Source of the DNA: Myxococcales bacterium
GTDB taxonomy: Bacteria > Myxococcota > Myxococcia > Myxococcales > JAJYLH01
Direction: 5' to 3'
DNA length: 64,000 nt
Assembly (NCBI GenBank): GCA_021787845.1
Contig: JAJYLH010000001.1
Span: 144,452 to 208,451, forward strand
Shown: one piece after another, positions 25,904 through 38,054 of the stretch
How positions within the stretch are numbered: position 1 is the stretch's first letter
Layout: each line of letters opens with the position of its first letter
Notes under the pieces: model-generated
Told to the model about the DNA's origin: nothing
What the model saw: only the letters and a program-made list of their open reading frames with translations
The model's database searches: none
Program-made: the position numbers and the translations under genes

Positions 25904-27754
25904 CTACTCGACGGTGACGCTCTTGGCGAGGTTGCGGGGCTGGTCGACGTCGGTGCCGCGGTGGTCGGCGACGTGGTACGCGAAGAGCTGAAGCGGCAGC
26001 ACGTTCAACAGTGGCGCGATGAAGGCGCTCGCCGGGGGAACCCAGAGGGCGTGGTCGGCGAGGCGGCTCACCAGGTCGTCGCCGTCGGTCACGAGCGCGA
26101 TGATCTTCCCGCCGCGGGCGCGGACCTCCTCGATGTTGCCGACGATCTTTTCGTAGGTGTCCTGCCCGTGGCCGCGGCCGGGGTCGCGGGTGGCGATGAC
26201 GACCACCGGCACCTGCTCGTCGATGAGCGCGATGGGCCCGTGCTTCATTTCGCCGGCCGGATAGCCCTCGGCGTGGACGTAGGAAATCTCCTTGAGCTTG
26301 AGCGCGCCCTCCAACGCCACCGGCGCCTGCAAGCCGCGGCCGAGGAAGAGCATGTCGCGCGCCGACGAGTAGGTGCGCGCCGCCGCGAGGATGGAGTCTT
26401 CGCGGGCGAGGATCTTCTCGATCAACGCCGGCGCGCCGCGCAGGTCTTGGAGGAGCTTGCCCGCGCGATCCGCGTCGAGCGTGCCCCGCAGCCGGCCGAG
26501 CTTCAGCGCGAGCAGCAGCATCGCCGCGAGCTGGGTCGTGAATGCCTTGGTCGAGGCGACGCCGATTTCCGGACCCGCATGCGTGTAGAGCACGTCCTCG
26601 GCGTCGCGCGCGATGGCGCTGCCGACCACGTTGCAGACCGCGAGCGTCCGCGCGCCTTTCGCCTTCGCCTCCCGCATCGCCGCGAGCGTGTCCGCGGTCT
26701 CGCCCGACTGCGAGATGGCGATGCAGAGCGAGCCCGGCGGCACCAGCGGATCGCGGTAGCGGAACTCGCTCGCGACGTCGATTTCCACCGGCAGCTTGGC
26801 GAGGCTCTCCAGATAGTGCTTGCCGACGAGCCCGGCGTGGTAGCTCGTGCCGCACGCGACGATGGTGACGCGCGCCAGGCTCTTCGCCAGCGCCTCGTCG
26901 ATGCCGACGCCGTCGAGCACCACGTCGCCGGTCTCGAGGGCCGTGCGGCTGCGGATGGTGTCGACGAGGGCGCGCGCCTGCTCGTGGATTTCCTTGTGCA
27001 TGAAGTGCTTGTGCCCGCCCTTTTCGGCCATCACCGGCGTCCAGTCGATGTGCCGCGGCTGGCGCGCGATGGTCTGCCCGTCGCCGTCGAAGAGCTCGAC
27101 CGAGTCCTGGCGCAGGCGGACGAGGTCGCCTTCTTCGAGGAACATCACCTCGCGGGTCCGGTCGAGCAGCGCCGGCACGTCGCTCGCGAGGTAGTTCTCG
27201 CCCTGGCCGAAGCCGACGACGAGCGGGCTCGCGTTCTTCGCCGCGACGAGCGTGTGCGGGTCGGTCTCGGAAACCACCGCCAGCGCGTACGTTCCGCGCA
27301 CGCGTCTGAGCGCGCGCCGGGTCGCCTGAAGCAGGTCGTGACCGCCCTCGACCTCCTCCGCGATGAGGTGCGCGAAGATCTCGGTGTCGGTCTCCGAGGC
27401 GAACGTGTGCCCGGCTCGGCGCAGCTCCTCGCGCAGCTCCAGATGGTTCTCGATGATGCCGTTGTGGACCACCGCGACGCCCCGGAAGCTGTGCGGGTGC
27501 GCGTTCTCGTCGCTGGGGCGGCCGTGCGTCGCCCACCTCGTGTGGCCGATGCCGAGCGTGCCCTTGGGCGCCTTGCGTAGGACCAGCGATTCCAGGTTCG
27601 AGAGCTTCCCGCGGCTGCGCAGGACTTCGAGTCCGCTCTCGCCGACCAGCGCCACTCCCGCGCTGTCGTAACCGCGGTACTCGAGCCGCTTGAGACCCGC
27701 GATGAGAAACGGCGCGCAGTCCTCAGCGCCGACGTAGCCCACGATGCCGCACAT
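25904..27754 (-). CDS. glmS: Glutamine--fructose-6-phosphate aminotransferase (isomerizing)
   Basis: MCGIVGYVG N-terminal nucleophile. 616 aa with two SIS domains, ending ...NLAKSVTVE. Confidence 0.95.
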   Translation of the reverse strand: MCGIVGYVGAEDCAPFLIAGLKRLEYRGYDSAGVALVGESGLEVLRSRGKLSNLESLVLRKAPKGTLGIGHTRWATHGRPSDENAHPHSFRGVAVVHNGIIENHLELREELRRAGHTFASETDTEIFAHLIAEEVEGGHDLLQATRRALRRVRGTYALAVVSETDPHTLVAAKNASPLVVGFGQGENYLASDVPALLDRTREVMFLEEGDLVRLRQDSVELFDGDGQTIARQPRHIDWTPVMAEKGGHKHFMHKEIHEQARALVDTIRSRTALETGDVVLDGVGIDEALAKSLARVTIVACGTSYHAGLVGKHYLESLAKLPVEIDVASEFRYRDPLVPPGSLCIAISQSGETADTLAAMREAKAKGARTLAVCNVVGSAIARDAEDVLYTHAGPEIGVASTKAFTTQLAAMLLLALKLGRLRGTLDADRAGKLLQDLRGAPALIEKILAREDSILAAARTYSSARDMLFLGRGLQAPVALEGALKLKEISYVHAEGYPAGEMKHGPIALIDEQVPVVVIATRDPGRGHGQDTYEKIVGNIEEVRARGGKIIALVTDGDDLVSRLADHALWVPPASAFIAPLLNVLPLQLFAYHVADHRGTDVDQPRNLAKSVTVE

Positions 27755-27810
27755 CGGTCAGGTCCTTTCCGCTCAGCGAAGCCGGACCGTGCACCCAGGT
27801 CGGGTCTCGC

Positions 27811-27851
27811 GATCAGACCGATCAGTCCGATCCGACCGATCGGTCCGATCG
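27811..27851. repeat. GATCGGWCN 9-bp tandem array, copy d
   Basis: gatcagacc gatcagtcc gatccgacc gatcggtcc gatcgcc. Lies between the glmU stop (27881) and the glmS start (27754). Confidence 0.9.
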
Positions 27852-27880
27852 CCGCCCAAGAGGAGCGGGCACCCGTGGGC

Positions 27881-29341
27881 TCACGTTCCACCGGCCTTCT
27901 TCGGTTTGCTCTCGCCGACAGCGCTCTCGGCGAGCTTGGCCTTGCGCCGCGCCACCCAGCCTTCCTTCACCGTCAACGGCGGGCGGGTGAACGCCAGCGC
28001 GTCCGCCGGCACGTCCTTGGTGATGGTCGAGCCCGCCCCCACGTACGCGTTGTCGCCGAGCGCGACCGGCGCCACGAGCTGCGTGTCGGAGCCGATGAAC
28101 ACCCCGTCGCCCATCCGGGTCTCGTACTTCTTTGCGCCGTCGTAGTTGCAGGTGATGGTGCCCGCGCCGATGTTGCAGCCTTGGCCGATCACCGCGTCGC
28201 CCAGGTAGGTCAGGTGGTTCGCCTTCGACTTGGCGCCGATGCGCGCCTTCTTCGTCTCCACGAAGTTGCCGACGTGCACCTCTTCCGCGAGCTCGGTGCC
28301 GGGCCGCAGCCGCGAGAACGGGCCGACGAGCGAGCGCGCGCCGACGACGGCGCCGTCGAGGTGGCTGTAGGGCTTCACCTCCGCGCCTTCGCCGATCGTC
28401 GAGTCGACGATCACCGCGCCCTGTCCGATGCGCGCGCCGGTCGCGATTCGCGTCTTCCCGCGCAGCGAAACCTGCGGCTCGATTTCCACGTCGTCCGCAA
28501 CCTCCACGCCGAGCTCGACGTACGTCGACGATGGGTCACGCATCGTGACGCCGGACTTCATCAGCGCAAGGTTGATCTCGCGCCGCAGGCTCGCCTCGGC
28601 CTCGGCGAGCTCGGCGCGATCGTTGATGCCGCGCGTCTCGGCGTACGGCGCCTTCGTCGCGACCACCTCGCGCCCGTTCGCGTTCGCGAGGCCGATGAGG
28701 TCGGTCAGGTAGAGCTCGCCCTGCGCGTTGTCGGGCTTGAGCGCATCGAGTGCGCTGCCGAGAAACTTCGCGTCGAAGGCGTACAGGCCCATGTTCACGC
28801 CGTGGACGGCGCGCTCGGAGGCGTTCGCGTCCCGGTGCTCGACCACCCGCAGCACCCGGCCCGATTCGTCCTTCAAGACCCGACCGTAGCCGGTGGGTTC
28901 GTCGAGGTCGCTCGTGACGAGCGCGATGGCCGCGCCGGATTCCCGCCGGGCGCGGACCAGGGTCGCGAGGGTCTGCGGCCGCACCAAGGGCACATCGCCG
29001 GAGAGGACGAGCACCTCGCCCTCGCCCAGCCCCGCCGCGTCGCGGGCGATGCGCACCGCGTGACCGGTGCCGAGCTGCTCCTCCTGGAGGGCGAATTCGA
29101 CGCCGCTCGGAAAGAGCGCTCCTGCTCTCACGCGGACCTCGTCCGCCTGGTGCCCGACCACCACCACGATGCGGGTCGCGCCGACCGCGCGCGCTTGTGC
29201 GATGGCGAAGGCCACGAGAGGCCTGCCGCACAGCTCGTGGAGCACCTTCGCCCGGCCGCTCTTCATCCGGGTGCCCTGGCCGGCGGCGAGGATGATCGCC
29301 GTCAGCAGCGCGGAATTCTCGAGGGAGGGGGTCGCGTCCAT
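27881..29341 (-). CDS. glmU: Bifunctional GlcNAc-1-phosphate uridyltransferase / glucosamine-1-phosphate acetyltransferase
   Basis: LAAGQGTRMKS nucleotidyltransferase motif and C-terminal left-handed beta-helix hexapeptide repeats. Lies immediately upstream of glmS. Confidence 0.9.
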   Translation of the reverse strand: MDATPSLENSALLTAIILAAGQGTRMKSGRAKVLHELCGRPLVAFAIAQARAVGATRIVVVVGHQADEVRVRAGALFPSGVEFALQEEQLGTGHAVRIARDAAGLGEGEVLVLSGDVPLVRPQTLATLVRARRESGAAIALVTSDLDEPTGYGRVLKDESGRVLRVVEHRDANASERAVHGVNMGLYAFDAKFLGSALDALKPDNAQGELYLTDLIGLANANGREVVATKAPYAETRGINDRAELAEAEASLRREINLALMKSGVTMRDPSSTYVELGVEVADDVEIEPQVSLRGKTRIATGARIGQGAVIVDSTIGEGAEVKPYSHLDGAVVGARSLVGPFSRLRPGTELAEEVHVGNFVETKKARIGAKSKANHLTYLGDAVIGQGCNIGAGTITCNYDGAKKYETRMGDGVFIGSDTQLVAPVALGDNAYVGAGSTITKDVPADALAFTRPPLTVKEGWVARRKAKLAESAVGESKPKKAGGT

Positions 29342-29454
29342 GATTCTCGAAAGATCGGTGGTTGGGCTCGCGTTCGTTGGGAGCCCGAAGTTGGCCTTGA
29401 CCGCTGCCGCCGACCGGGAGCGGCCTCCTGCGCCGACGCCCTTGCACGCTAGCG

Positions 29455-30387
29455 ATGAGCCGGTGCGACCGTCAAGGCGCGAAGGGACCCACCGGGTGGG
29501 CGGACGGCTCCCAAGGTGGCGCGCCCGCGACGGACTCGACGGGCTTTCGCTATGCTTTCGCGCTGGTGCAGCGGCTCGAGCTCATCGACGCACACGTCCA
29601 CGCTGACGGCCTTTCTGACGCCGATCTCGACACCCTGGCGCGCTTCGGCGTCGGCCGGGTGGTCGTCTGCGCGCACGATGGCGCCCTCGAGCCCGGCGCC
29701 GAGGCGACCGCGAAAGCGTGGCTGACGCAATTCGAACAGCTCCTGACGGTGCAGGCGCCGCGTCTGAAGCAGGCGGGCCTGTCGCCGCTGTTCGCGCTGG
29801 GCGTGCATCCGGCGCACGCGCCGTGGCACGGGCTCGACGAGATCCTGCACAAGCTGCCAGCCTTCCTTTCGGACCCGACGGTGGTCGGCATCGGTGCCGT
29901 GGGGCTGAAGCGGGCGGACGAACGGGAGAGATACGTGCTGGCGCGGGAGCTCGAGCTGGCGGCGGAGCTGCGGCTGCCGGTATGGGTCTCGGCACCGCCG
30001 CTGGACCCCGAGCGGGGGCTGCGTCAGGTCGCGGCGACCTTGCGAGAGCTGGCCTTTCCCGCCGAGCGGGTGCTGGTCGGCCAGGTGACGCCGGGGATGG
30101 TGCCGCTCCTTCTGGCGTGCGGCTTCTCGCTCGCCCTGGAGCCGAGCGCGCAACGGCTCTCCGTCCCGGAGATCGTGCGGCTGGTGCGACGGCACGGACC
30201 GAACCGGTTCGTGCTCACCTCGCATGCCGGCGATGGCTCGGCCGATCTCCTGGCGGTGCCGTCGGTCGTCGCGCACCTGCGTGACGCGGGCCTGTCGCCG
30301 GCGGTGATCCGCCGGGTCGCCCGCGACAACGCGCTCAGGCTCGCCGGCCGCGAGGAGCCTCTTGCCCGCCGGGCGCGCGCTGGGTGA
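29455..30387 (+). CDS. TatD-family metal-dependent hydrolase
   Basis: LIDAHVHAD (metal-binding HxH) and ALGVHPAHA motifs. The start is uncertain (ATG 29455 or in-frame GTG 29566). Confidence 0.55.
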   Translation: MSRCDRQGAKGPTGWADGSQGGAPATDSTGFRYAFALVQRLELIDAHVHADGLSDADLDTLARFGVGRVVVCAHDGALEPGAEATAKAWLTQFEQLLTVQAPRLKQAGLSPLFALGVHPAHAPWHGLDEILHKLPAFLSDPTVVGIGAVGLKRADERERYVLARELELAAELRLPVWVSAPPLDPERGLRQVAATLRELAFPAERVLVGQVTPGMVPLLLACGFSLALEPSAQRLSVPEIVRLVRRHGPNRFVLTSHAGDGSADLLAVPSVVAHLRDAGLSPAVIRRVARDNALRLAGREEPLARRARAG

Positions 30388-30439
30388 GCAGGAGCGCTGG
30401 CCTCAGAAGCCTCTCGGGGGAACCGAAGGGGCGCGGCCG

Positions 30440-31804
<1,365 letters not shown>

Positions 31805-32221
31805 CGCTGGTCGTCCTCCTCCGGGGCGCGGCGTTCTATCACCGACCTGGAAGTTGGGCGCGCCGACGGGCCGGCGCCTCGGCCGCGGCATCGGCCATCG
31901 AACGCCACGGCCCGACGCCCGCAGGCGCGGTCGCGGGCGGCGCTCGGACCGGTCGCCGGCGCAGGGCGAAGCGCGGGACTTGCGCGGGCGGCCCGGGCTG
32001 TTGGAAGGTGGCGGGCGGCGCGCTCGAGCGTCGGAAGGAGGCGCACTGCAGGTCTTCGGGAGAAACCTGGACCGTTGGACCGCTCGCCGGCCTAGACGCG
32101 ATTCGTGCGCCGGCGCGACGCGCAAATTCTGCGCCCCGCTCCCGTGCCGGCGCCGATTCGGCCGGTTCGCCGTCCGGCCCGATCCTTGCTTTCGAAACCG
32201 GATCGCCAACACGAGGCGCCG

Positions 32222-33595
32222 ATGATACCCCTGCCTTCTCCCGAGCTGATCGAGCGTTACAACCGGCCGACCCCGCGGTACACGAGCTACCCGCCGGCGA
32301 GCGAGTGGACGCCCGCGTTCGACCATGCTGCCCTGGACGAGCGGCTTCTCGCGGCCGACCAGGCCACGGGAGCGCTTTCGCTCTACGTCCACCTGCCCTT
32401 CTGCCCGGAAATGTGCCGGTTCTGCGGGTGCAACGTCATCGCCACCCGGGACCGGTCGCGGGCGGACGAGTACCTGGACGTGCTGGAGCAGGAGATCCGG
32501 CTCTGGGCCGAGAAGCTGCCGCGCCGGCGGGAGGTCCAGCAGCTCCACCTGGGCGGCGGGACCCCGACCTTCCTGACGCCGGCGCAGCTCGAGCGGCTCG
32601 TCGGGATGATCGACGCGACCTTCGAGCGCCTGCCGGGAGCGGAGCTGTCGGTGGAGGTCGACCCGGCCATCACCACGCCCAAGCACCTGGAGACCCTGGG
32701 CCGGCTCGGGTTCAACCGGCTGTCGGTCGGCATCCAGGACCTGGACGGGTCGGTCCAGGCGGCGATCGGGCGCATCCAGTCGGCGGAGCAGACGGAGCTG
32801 GTCATCGGGGCGGGGCGGGCGAACGGGTTCACCAACGTCAACGTCGACCTGATGTACGGGCTGCCGTTCCAGACGCCGCTGTCGGTCGAGCGGACCATCG
32901 GCCGGGTCTTGGACATGCTGCCCGACCGGCTGGCGCTCTTCGGCTACGCGCACGTGCCGTGGGCGAAGCCCCACCAGCGCTTGCTCCCCCAGGCGGCGCT
33001 GCCGGGGTCCGTCGCGCGGGTCGAGCTGTTCGCGCTGGCGGCGCGCCTTCTCGAAGAGAAGGGGTTCCAGCAGATCGGCCTCGACCACTTCGCCCGCAAG
33101 ATGGACCCGCTCGCGCGCGCCCAGCGCGAGGGGACCCTCACCCGCAATTTCCAGGGCTACTCGACCCAGGTGCCGCCGGACACCATCGCGCTGGGGGTCA
33201 GCGCCATCTCGGACATCGGCGGCGCTTTCGCTCAGGGGAAGCACCGGCTGGGCGAGTGGGCGGAGTCGGTCCGTCGCGGGGAGCTGCCGCTCGAGCGCGG
33301 GTGGGTGCGGACGAACGACGACGAGCGGCGGGCGGCGGCCATCCGCGAGGTGATGTGCCTCTTGCGCTTCGACGTCGGCCCGCTCACGACGCAGTACGGC
33401 CAGGCGGCGCAGGAGCTGTTTGCCGAGGTCCAGCCGGGGCTCGAGGCGCTGGAGAAAGACGGCCTGGTCACGATGCGGCCGGGCGGGTTCGACGTGGCCC
33501 CGCTCGGGCGGATCTTCCTGCGCAACATCGCCGCGGTCTTCGACGGCTACCTCGGGCAGACCGGACGGCAGCAGGTGTTCTCGAAGGCGGTGTAG
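32222..33595 (+). CDS. hemN: Oxygen-independent coproporphyrinogen III oxidase (radical SAM)
   Basis: ATG at 32222. YTSYPP, radical-[21 protein letters not shown], then the HLGGGTPT... order typical of HemN. 457 aa. Confidence 0.85.
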   Translation: MIPLPSPELIERYNRPTPRYTSYPPASEWTPAFDHAALDERLLAADQATGALSLYVHLPFCPEMCRFCGCNVIATRDRSRADEYLDVLEQEIRLWAEKLPRRREVQQLHLGGGTPTFLTPAQLERLVGMIDATFERLPGAELSVEVDPAITTPKHLETLGRLGFNRLSVGIQDLDGSVQAAIGRIQSAEQTELVIGAGRANGFTNVNVDLMYGLPFQTPLSVERTIGRVLDMLPDRLALFGYAHVPWAKPHQRLLPQAALPGSVARVELFALAARLLEEKGFQQIGLDHFARKMDPLARAQREGTLTRNFQGYSTQVPPDTIALGVSAISDIGGAFAQGKHRLGEWAESVRRGELPLERGWVRTNDDERRAAAIREVMCLLRFDVGPLTTQYGQAAQELFAEVQPGLEALEKDGLVTMRPGGFDVAPLGRIFLRNIAAVFDGYLGQTGRQQVFSKAV

Positions 33596-33601
33596 GTCTT
33601 C

Positions 33602-33708
33602 GAGGGTGTGGCCCAAGAGCAGATGCAGGCACAGGCCAGAACCGCTCAGGATGACCGCTCGGGATGAGCGGATCGTGCGGAGGGCACCGATGTTCTGGCC
33701 ACACCCTC
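33602..33708. other. 107-nt structured element immediately downstream of hemN (12-bp closing stem plus inner hairpin)
   Basis: gagggtgtggcc (33602-33613) pairs with ggccacaccctc (33697-33708). The inner stem is ccgctca...tgagcgg. Its function is unknown (terminator, REP or ncRNA). Confidence 0.35.
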
Positions 33709-33783
33709 TTAGGTAGCGCTGCCGGTCGGCAGGAGGGTGCGGTTCATCGCCGCGGCTCGAGGACCGACACCGCGGAGCTGAGC

Positions 33784-33820
33784 GGACCGATCGGTCGGAT
33801 CGGTCTGATCGGTCCGATCA
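33784..33820. repeat. GATCGGWCN 9-bp tandem array, copy e
   Basis: ggacc gatcggtcg gatcggtct gatcggtcc gatca. Lies between the convergent hemN (stop 33595) and hslV (stop 33838). Confidence 0.9.
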
Positions 33821-33837
33821 TTCCGCAGGGTGCGCGC

Positions 33838-34368
33838 TCACGCCAGCTCTTCGAAGGCGACCTGCTCGTTGGTGTAGATGCAGATGTCGGCGGCGATCTT
33901 CATCGCCTTTTCGGCGATGGAACGCACCTCGAGCTCTGTGGTCTCCAGGAGCGCTCTGGCTGCCGCGAGGGCGTAGGGGCCGCCGGAGCCGATGGCGGCG
34001 ACGCCGTGGTCGGGCTCGATGACGTCGCCGGAGCCGGAGAGGACCAGCGTCCGTTCCCGGTCGGCGACGAGCAGCAGCGCTTCCAGGCGGCGCAGGAACC
34101 GGTCGGTCCGCCAGTCCTTGGCGAGCTCGACCGCGGCGCGCGGCAGGTTCTTCTTGTGCTCCTTGAGCTTGGCCTCGAACCGCTCGAAGAGGGTGAACGC
34201 ATCGGCGGTGGCGCCGGCGAAGCCCGCGAGAATCTGTCCGTCGCCCAGGCGGCGCAGCTTCTTCGCCGAGTGCTTCATCACCGTAGTGCCCATCGTCACC
34301 TGTCCGTCCCCGGCGATGACGACCTTCGGACCGCGGCGGACGCAGAGGATGGTGGTCGCGTGGAACAT
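33838..34368 (-). CDS. hslV: ATP-dependent protease subunit HslV
   Basis: [13 protein letters not shown] (catalytic Thr after Met removal/processing), [16 protein letters not shown]. 176 aa. Confidence 0.95.
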   Translation of the reverse strand: MFHATTILCVRRGPKVVIAGDGQVTMGTTVMKHSAKKLRRLGDGQILAGFAGATADAFTLFERFEAKLKEHKKNLPRAAVELAKDWRTDRFLRRLEALLLVADRERTLVLSGSGDVIEPDHGVAAIGSGGPYALAAARALLETTELEVRSIAEKAMKIAADICIYTNEQVAFEELA

Positions 34369-34456
34369 CGGGAGCCCTCCTGGTTCGCGCTCGTCCCTCG
34401 ACCGCGCTCGGAACGAGCGGTGCCGCCGATGGCTTGCGATTCTACTCCTCGCCAGC

Positions 34457-34499
34457 GGATCGGACCGATCGGTCGGATCCGACGGATCGGTCTGATCCG
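34457..34499. repeat. GATCGGWCN 9-bp tandem array, copy f
   Basis: ggatcggacc gatcggtcg gatccgacg gatcggtct gatccg. Lies 21 nt downstream of the leuS stop and upstream of hslV. Confidence 0.9.
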
Positions 34500-34519
34500 C
34501 AAAGGCGCGAGGCCCGCAC

Positions 34520-37015
34520 CTACACCACGAAATTCACCAGCCGTCCCTTGATGACGATGGCCTTGCGCACGGGTTTGTCGCCAAGGTGCGCCGCCACCCG
34601 CTCCGCCTGGCGCGCGGTGGCCTTGATTTCCTCGTCGTCCGCGGTCGCCGGCACCTGCACCTCGCCCCGCAGCTTCCCGTTGACCTGCACCGCGTAAGTG
34701 ACGAGCTCGTCGACGGTCAGCGCCTCGTCCCACGCCGGCCAGGAGTGGAGCTGGATCTCGTCAGCCCTGCCGAGCTGCTCCCAGAGCTCCGCCGCGAAAT
34801 GGGGAGCGAGAGGGCTCAAGAGCAGCGCGAAGGCCTCGTACGCCTCGCGGAGCGCGGAAAACGGAGCGGGTTGCGTCGAGTCGACCGCGCCGATCGCGTT
34901 GGACAGCTCCATCAGCGCGGAGACGCAGGTGTTGAACTGGAGGTTGTCGATGTCGTGGGTGAGCTTGCGAATGGTCTTGTGCGTCTTGCGCCGCAGGGGG
35001 TTGACGCCGGTCTCGGCCGCGAGCCGCTCCTCGTCGTTCAGGTCCTTCTTCACCGACTGGAAGTGGCGCCAGACGCGGTTGAGGAACCGGCTGATGCCCT
35101 CGACCTGGTCGTCGGACCACTTCATGTCGTCCTGCGGCGGCCCGGCGAAGAGGATGAAGAGGCGGGTCACGTCGGCGCCGTACTGCTCGACGATGTCGCG
35201 GGGGCTGACGACGTTGCCGAACCGCTTGGACATCTTGCGGCCGTCGGGGCCGTTGACGATGCCCTGGGTGACGAGGCGCTTCACCGGCTCGCGCGCCTCG
35301 CACAGGCCGAGCTCCTGCATCACCTTGGTCCAGAAGCGGAAGTACATCAGGTGGAGGACCGCGTGCTCTGGGCCGCCGACGTAGGTGTCGACCGGGAGCC
35401 ACCCGTCGGCTTCGCTCCGCTCGAACGGCGCCCGATCATCCTGCGGCGAGAGGTAACGGGCGAAGTACCAGCTCGAGTCGACGAAGGTGTCGAGGGTTTC
35501 GCACTCGCGCTGGGCGGGACCGCCGCACCGGGGGCAGGTGGTGTTGACGAAGGACGAGATCTTGGCCAGGGGGGGCTCACCGGTGCCGGAGAGCACCTCT
35601 TTCACGTCCATCTCGTCGGGCCCCGGGAGGCGGACCGGCAGGTCGCTGTCCGGGACCGGTATCCCTCGCCGCTCCGGATCGCACTTTTCGCAGTAGACGA
35701 TGGGGATGGGCGTGCCCCAGTAGCGCTGCCGGCTGACGCCCCAGTCGCGGAGGCGGAAGGTGATCGACGGGTTACCGAAACCGCTCTTGCGGGCCAGCTC
35801 CGCCATCGCCTGGCGGGCAGCGGCGCTCTCGAGGCTCGAGAACGGTCCGGAGTCCCGGACGACGCCGTCGTCGGTGAAGGCCGCCGGCGCGGTCGCCGGG
35901 TCGAGGAGCGGCGAGCCGTCGGCGGGTTGAATCACCGGTCGAATCGGGAGGCGGTACTGCTTCGCGAACTCGAAGTCGCGCTGGTCGTGGGCGGGGACGC
36001 TCATCACCGCGCCGGTGCCGTAGTCGGCGACGACGAAGTTCGCGACCCAGATGGGCACCTTCTGGCCGGTGAAGGGGTTGACCGCGAAGGCGCCGGTGAA
36101 GAGGCCCTGCTTGTTGGTGTCGGCGGCGCGGTCGGTCTTGCGCTCCTGGGCGATGCGCTCGGCGAAGGCGTCGATCTCCGCGAGCTTCTCCGCCGAGGCG
36201 AACTCGCGGACGAGCTTGTGCTCCGGGGCGATGACGAGGTAGGTGCAGCCGAAGATGGTGTCGAGCCGGGTGGTGAAGATGGGGATCTCGACAGCGGTGC
36301 CGTCCACCTTGAAGGCGACCGTCGCTCCTTCCGACCGGCCGATCCAGTTGCGCTGCATGGCGACGATGCGCTCGGGCCACTTGTCGAGCTTGTCCAGGTC
36401 CTGCAAGAGCTCGTCGGCGTAGGCGGTGATGCGAAACGCCCACTCGGGAATCCGCCGGTCCTCGACCTTCGAATCGCACCGCCAGCACAGGCCCTCCAGC
36501 ACCTGCTCGTTCGCCAGCACCGTCCGGCACGACGGGCACCAGTTCACCCGCGAGAGGCGCCGGTAGGCGATGCCCCGCTCGAGCATCCGGAGGAAGAACC
36601 ATTGATTCCAACGATAGTATTCAGGCTCGTGGGTCGAGATCTCGCGCGACCAGTCGTAGGAGATGCCGAGGCGCTTCAGGTCCTCGCGGAAGCTCTCGAT
36701 GTTCCTGGGCGTGCGGATGGCGGGGTGGAGGCCGTCCTTGATGGCGGCGTTCTCGGCGGGAAGGCCGAAAGCGTCGTAGCCCATCGGGTGGAGGACGTCG
36801 AAGCCGCGCATCCGGGCGAGCCGAGCGATGACGTCGCCCAGGGTGTAGACGCGGACGTGGCCCATGTGCATCGCGCCGGACGGGTAGGGGAACATCTCGA
36901 GCACGTACGCCCGGGGCGCGCCCGCGCGCTCGCCCGCGCGAAAGAGGTGGCGGTCGTCCCAGTGCTTCTGCCACTTGGGCTCGATCTCGGCGGGCTGGTA
37001 GCGGATGTCCTCCAC
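34520..37015 (-). CDS. leuS: Leucine--tRNA ligase
   Basis: GTG at 37015 gives (M)[22 protein letters not shown] (HIGH-type) and KMSKRFGN (KMSKS) motifs are present. About 831 aa. The upstream part of the 1205-aa track ORF is noise. Confidence 0.95.
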   Translation of the reverse strand: MEDIRYQPAEIEPKWQKHWDDRHLFRAGERAGAPRAYVLEMFPYPSGAMHMGHVRVYTLGDVIARLARMRGFDVLHPMGYDAFGLPAENAAIKDGLHPAIRTPRNIESFREDLKRLGISYDWSREISTHEPEYYRWNQWFFLRMLERGIAYRRLSRVNWCPSCRTVLANEQVLEGLCWRCDSKVEDRRIPEWAFRITAYADELLQDLDKLDKWPERIVAMQRNWIGRSEGATVAFKVDGTAVEIPIFTTRLDTIFGCTYLVIAPEHKLVREFASAEKLAEIDAFAERIAQERKTDRAADTNKQGLFTGAFAVNPFTGQKVPIWVANFVVADYGTGAVMSVPAHDQRDFEFAKQYRLPIRPVIQPADGSPLLDPATAPAAFTDDGVVRDSGPFSSLESAAARQAMAELARKSGFGNPSITFRLRDWGVSRQRYWGTPIPIVYCEKCDPERRGIPVPDSDLPVRLPGPDEMDVKEVLSGTGEPPLAKISSFVNTTCPRCGGPAQRECETLDTFVDSSWYFARYLSPQDDRAPFERSEADGWLPVDTYVGGPEHAVLHLMYFRFWTKVMQELGLCEAREPVKRLVTQGIVNGPDGRKMSKRFGNVVSPRDIVEQYGADVTRLFILFAGPPQDDMKWSDDQVEGISRFLNRVWRHFQSVKKDLNDEERLAAETGVNPLRRKTHKTIRKLTHDIDNLQFNTCVSALMELSNAIGAVDSTQPAPFSALREAYEAFALLLSPLAPHFAAELWEQLGRADEIQLHSWPAWDEALTVDELVTYAVQVNGKLRGEVQVPATADDEEIKATARQAERVAAHLGDKPVRKAIVIKGRLVNFVV

Positions 37016-37209
37016 TTTCGTCCTCGTCGGCGGCCTTGGCCGGTGGCCGCGGCGCAAAAGGAGCCGGGAATCTAGTCGAGGTCGGGCGCCGGCGCGACGA
37101 GGAAGACGCGATGCGCCGTTCGCCGACGTCGAGGATGGAGCCCGACCGGCGCGTGCCCCGGAGCGGACGGGCACTGAGGGCCCTCGGGCGCCGGAGCTCG
37201 TCGACGTCC

Positions 37210-37244
37210 GATCCGACCGATCGGTCGGATCGGTCGGATCGGAC
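37210..37244. repeat. GATCGGWCN 9-bp tandem array, copy g
   Basis: gatccgacc gatcggtcg gatcggtcg gatcggac. Lies downstream of the DUF4142-like gene stop (37321) and upstream of leuS. Confidence 0.9.
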
Positions 37245-37320
37245 TTGTCGGCGACAACGGTCGTGGGTGGGCGTTCGACAGGTTCCCGCCGGCGCGCCGC
37301 CCCGGGATCGGCTGCGCCGG

Positions 37321-37899
37321 TCAGACGTTCTGGAGCTTCATCCGGCCGAGCAGGCGCCAGGCGCGGACCCGGTGCTTGTGCAGTGCCCGGACGGCCGGCC
37401 GCAGGAGCGCGTCGGTGTCCGGGAACTGGCGCATCCCGGCGATGATGGTCGCGATGGCGGCGTCGTGCCCGGTGACCATCGCGGCGAGGAAGGTGTGGTC
37501 GAACATCGGCCCGGTCATCGCGTGCAGCTCGCTGCCGACGGCCCGATCGGCGGTCCGCATCTTCTGGCCGAGCGCGGTGGTGGGCAGGAAGGGTCCCAAG
37601 GTCCAGCCCTTCGCCTTGGCGAACGCCTGGATCTTCACGTCGATGGCGGTGTGGTCGCGGACGAGCATCTTGCCGTAGCGCCGGACGGCAGGATCGCTGC
37701 TGTTCACCTGGGCGAGCTGACCGAGGTGGATCTCGGTCTGGTCGACGCCGTGGAGCCACTCGAGGAAGTCCTGCTGAGTCGGTGGCACCTGAATCTGGTT
37801 GACGGCGGAGCGCACGCGGCGGGTCCTGGCGGTCGCCTGGGTGCTGGCCGCGAAGACGAGCAGGCTCACGAGCGCCATGGTCCTGAGCGGTCTTCTCAT
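37321..37899 (-). CDS. DUF4142-like secreted four-helix (ferritin-like) protein
   Basis: Signal peptide MRRPLRTMALVSLLVFAASTQA. F....H..DQTEI.LGQLA......P.V+.+GKML+.DH...D.K...FA pattern, then F...M..GHD..I as in DUF4142. Confidence 0.6.
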   Translation of the reverse strand: MRRPLRTMALVSLLVFAASTQATARTRRVRSAVNQIQVPPTQQDFLEWLHGVDQTEIHLGQLAQVNSSDPAVRRYGKMLVRDHTAIDVKIQAFAKAKGWTLGPFLPTTALGQKMRTADRAVGSELHAMTGPMFDHTFLAAMVTGHDAAIATIIAGMRQFPDTDALLRPAVRALHKHRVRAWRLLGRMKLQNV

Positions 37900-38054
37900 C
37901 GCTTGTCTCCTCCCCCAAGGCGCGGCCGACAGCGCTCGCGCCTTCCAGCGGCAAGCTGTCCTCGCGGCGGCAGAAGAGCAATTCGGCCCGACGGGTGGGC
38001 GCCCGGCCGGCCTCGTGGCATACTCCGGCGGCTTTTGCGGAAGGAGCCCGCCGC

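Noticed and set aside
27755-27880. A possible glmS ribozyme upstream of glmS
   Set aside because: The 126-nt glmU-glmS spacer is largely occupied by the GATCGGWCN array, and I see none of the conserved glmS ribozyme core. The ribozyme is characteristic mainly of Gram-positive bacteria.
31805-33616. The N-terminal 600 codons of the 1058-aa ORF containing hslU
   Set aside because: HslU begins at ATG 31804 with a canonical N-terminus and a strong SD. The extension is antisense to hemN and crosses a 418-bp non-coding region.
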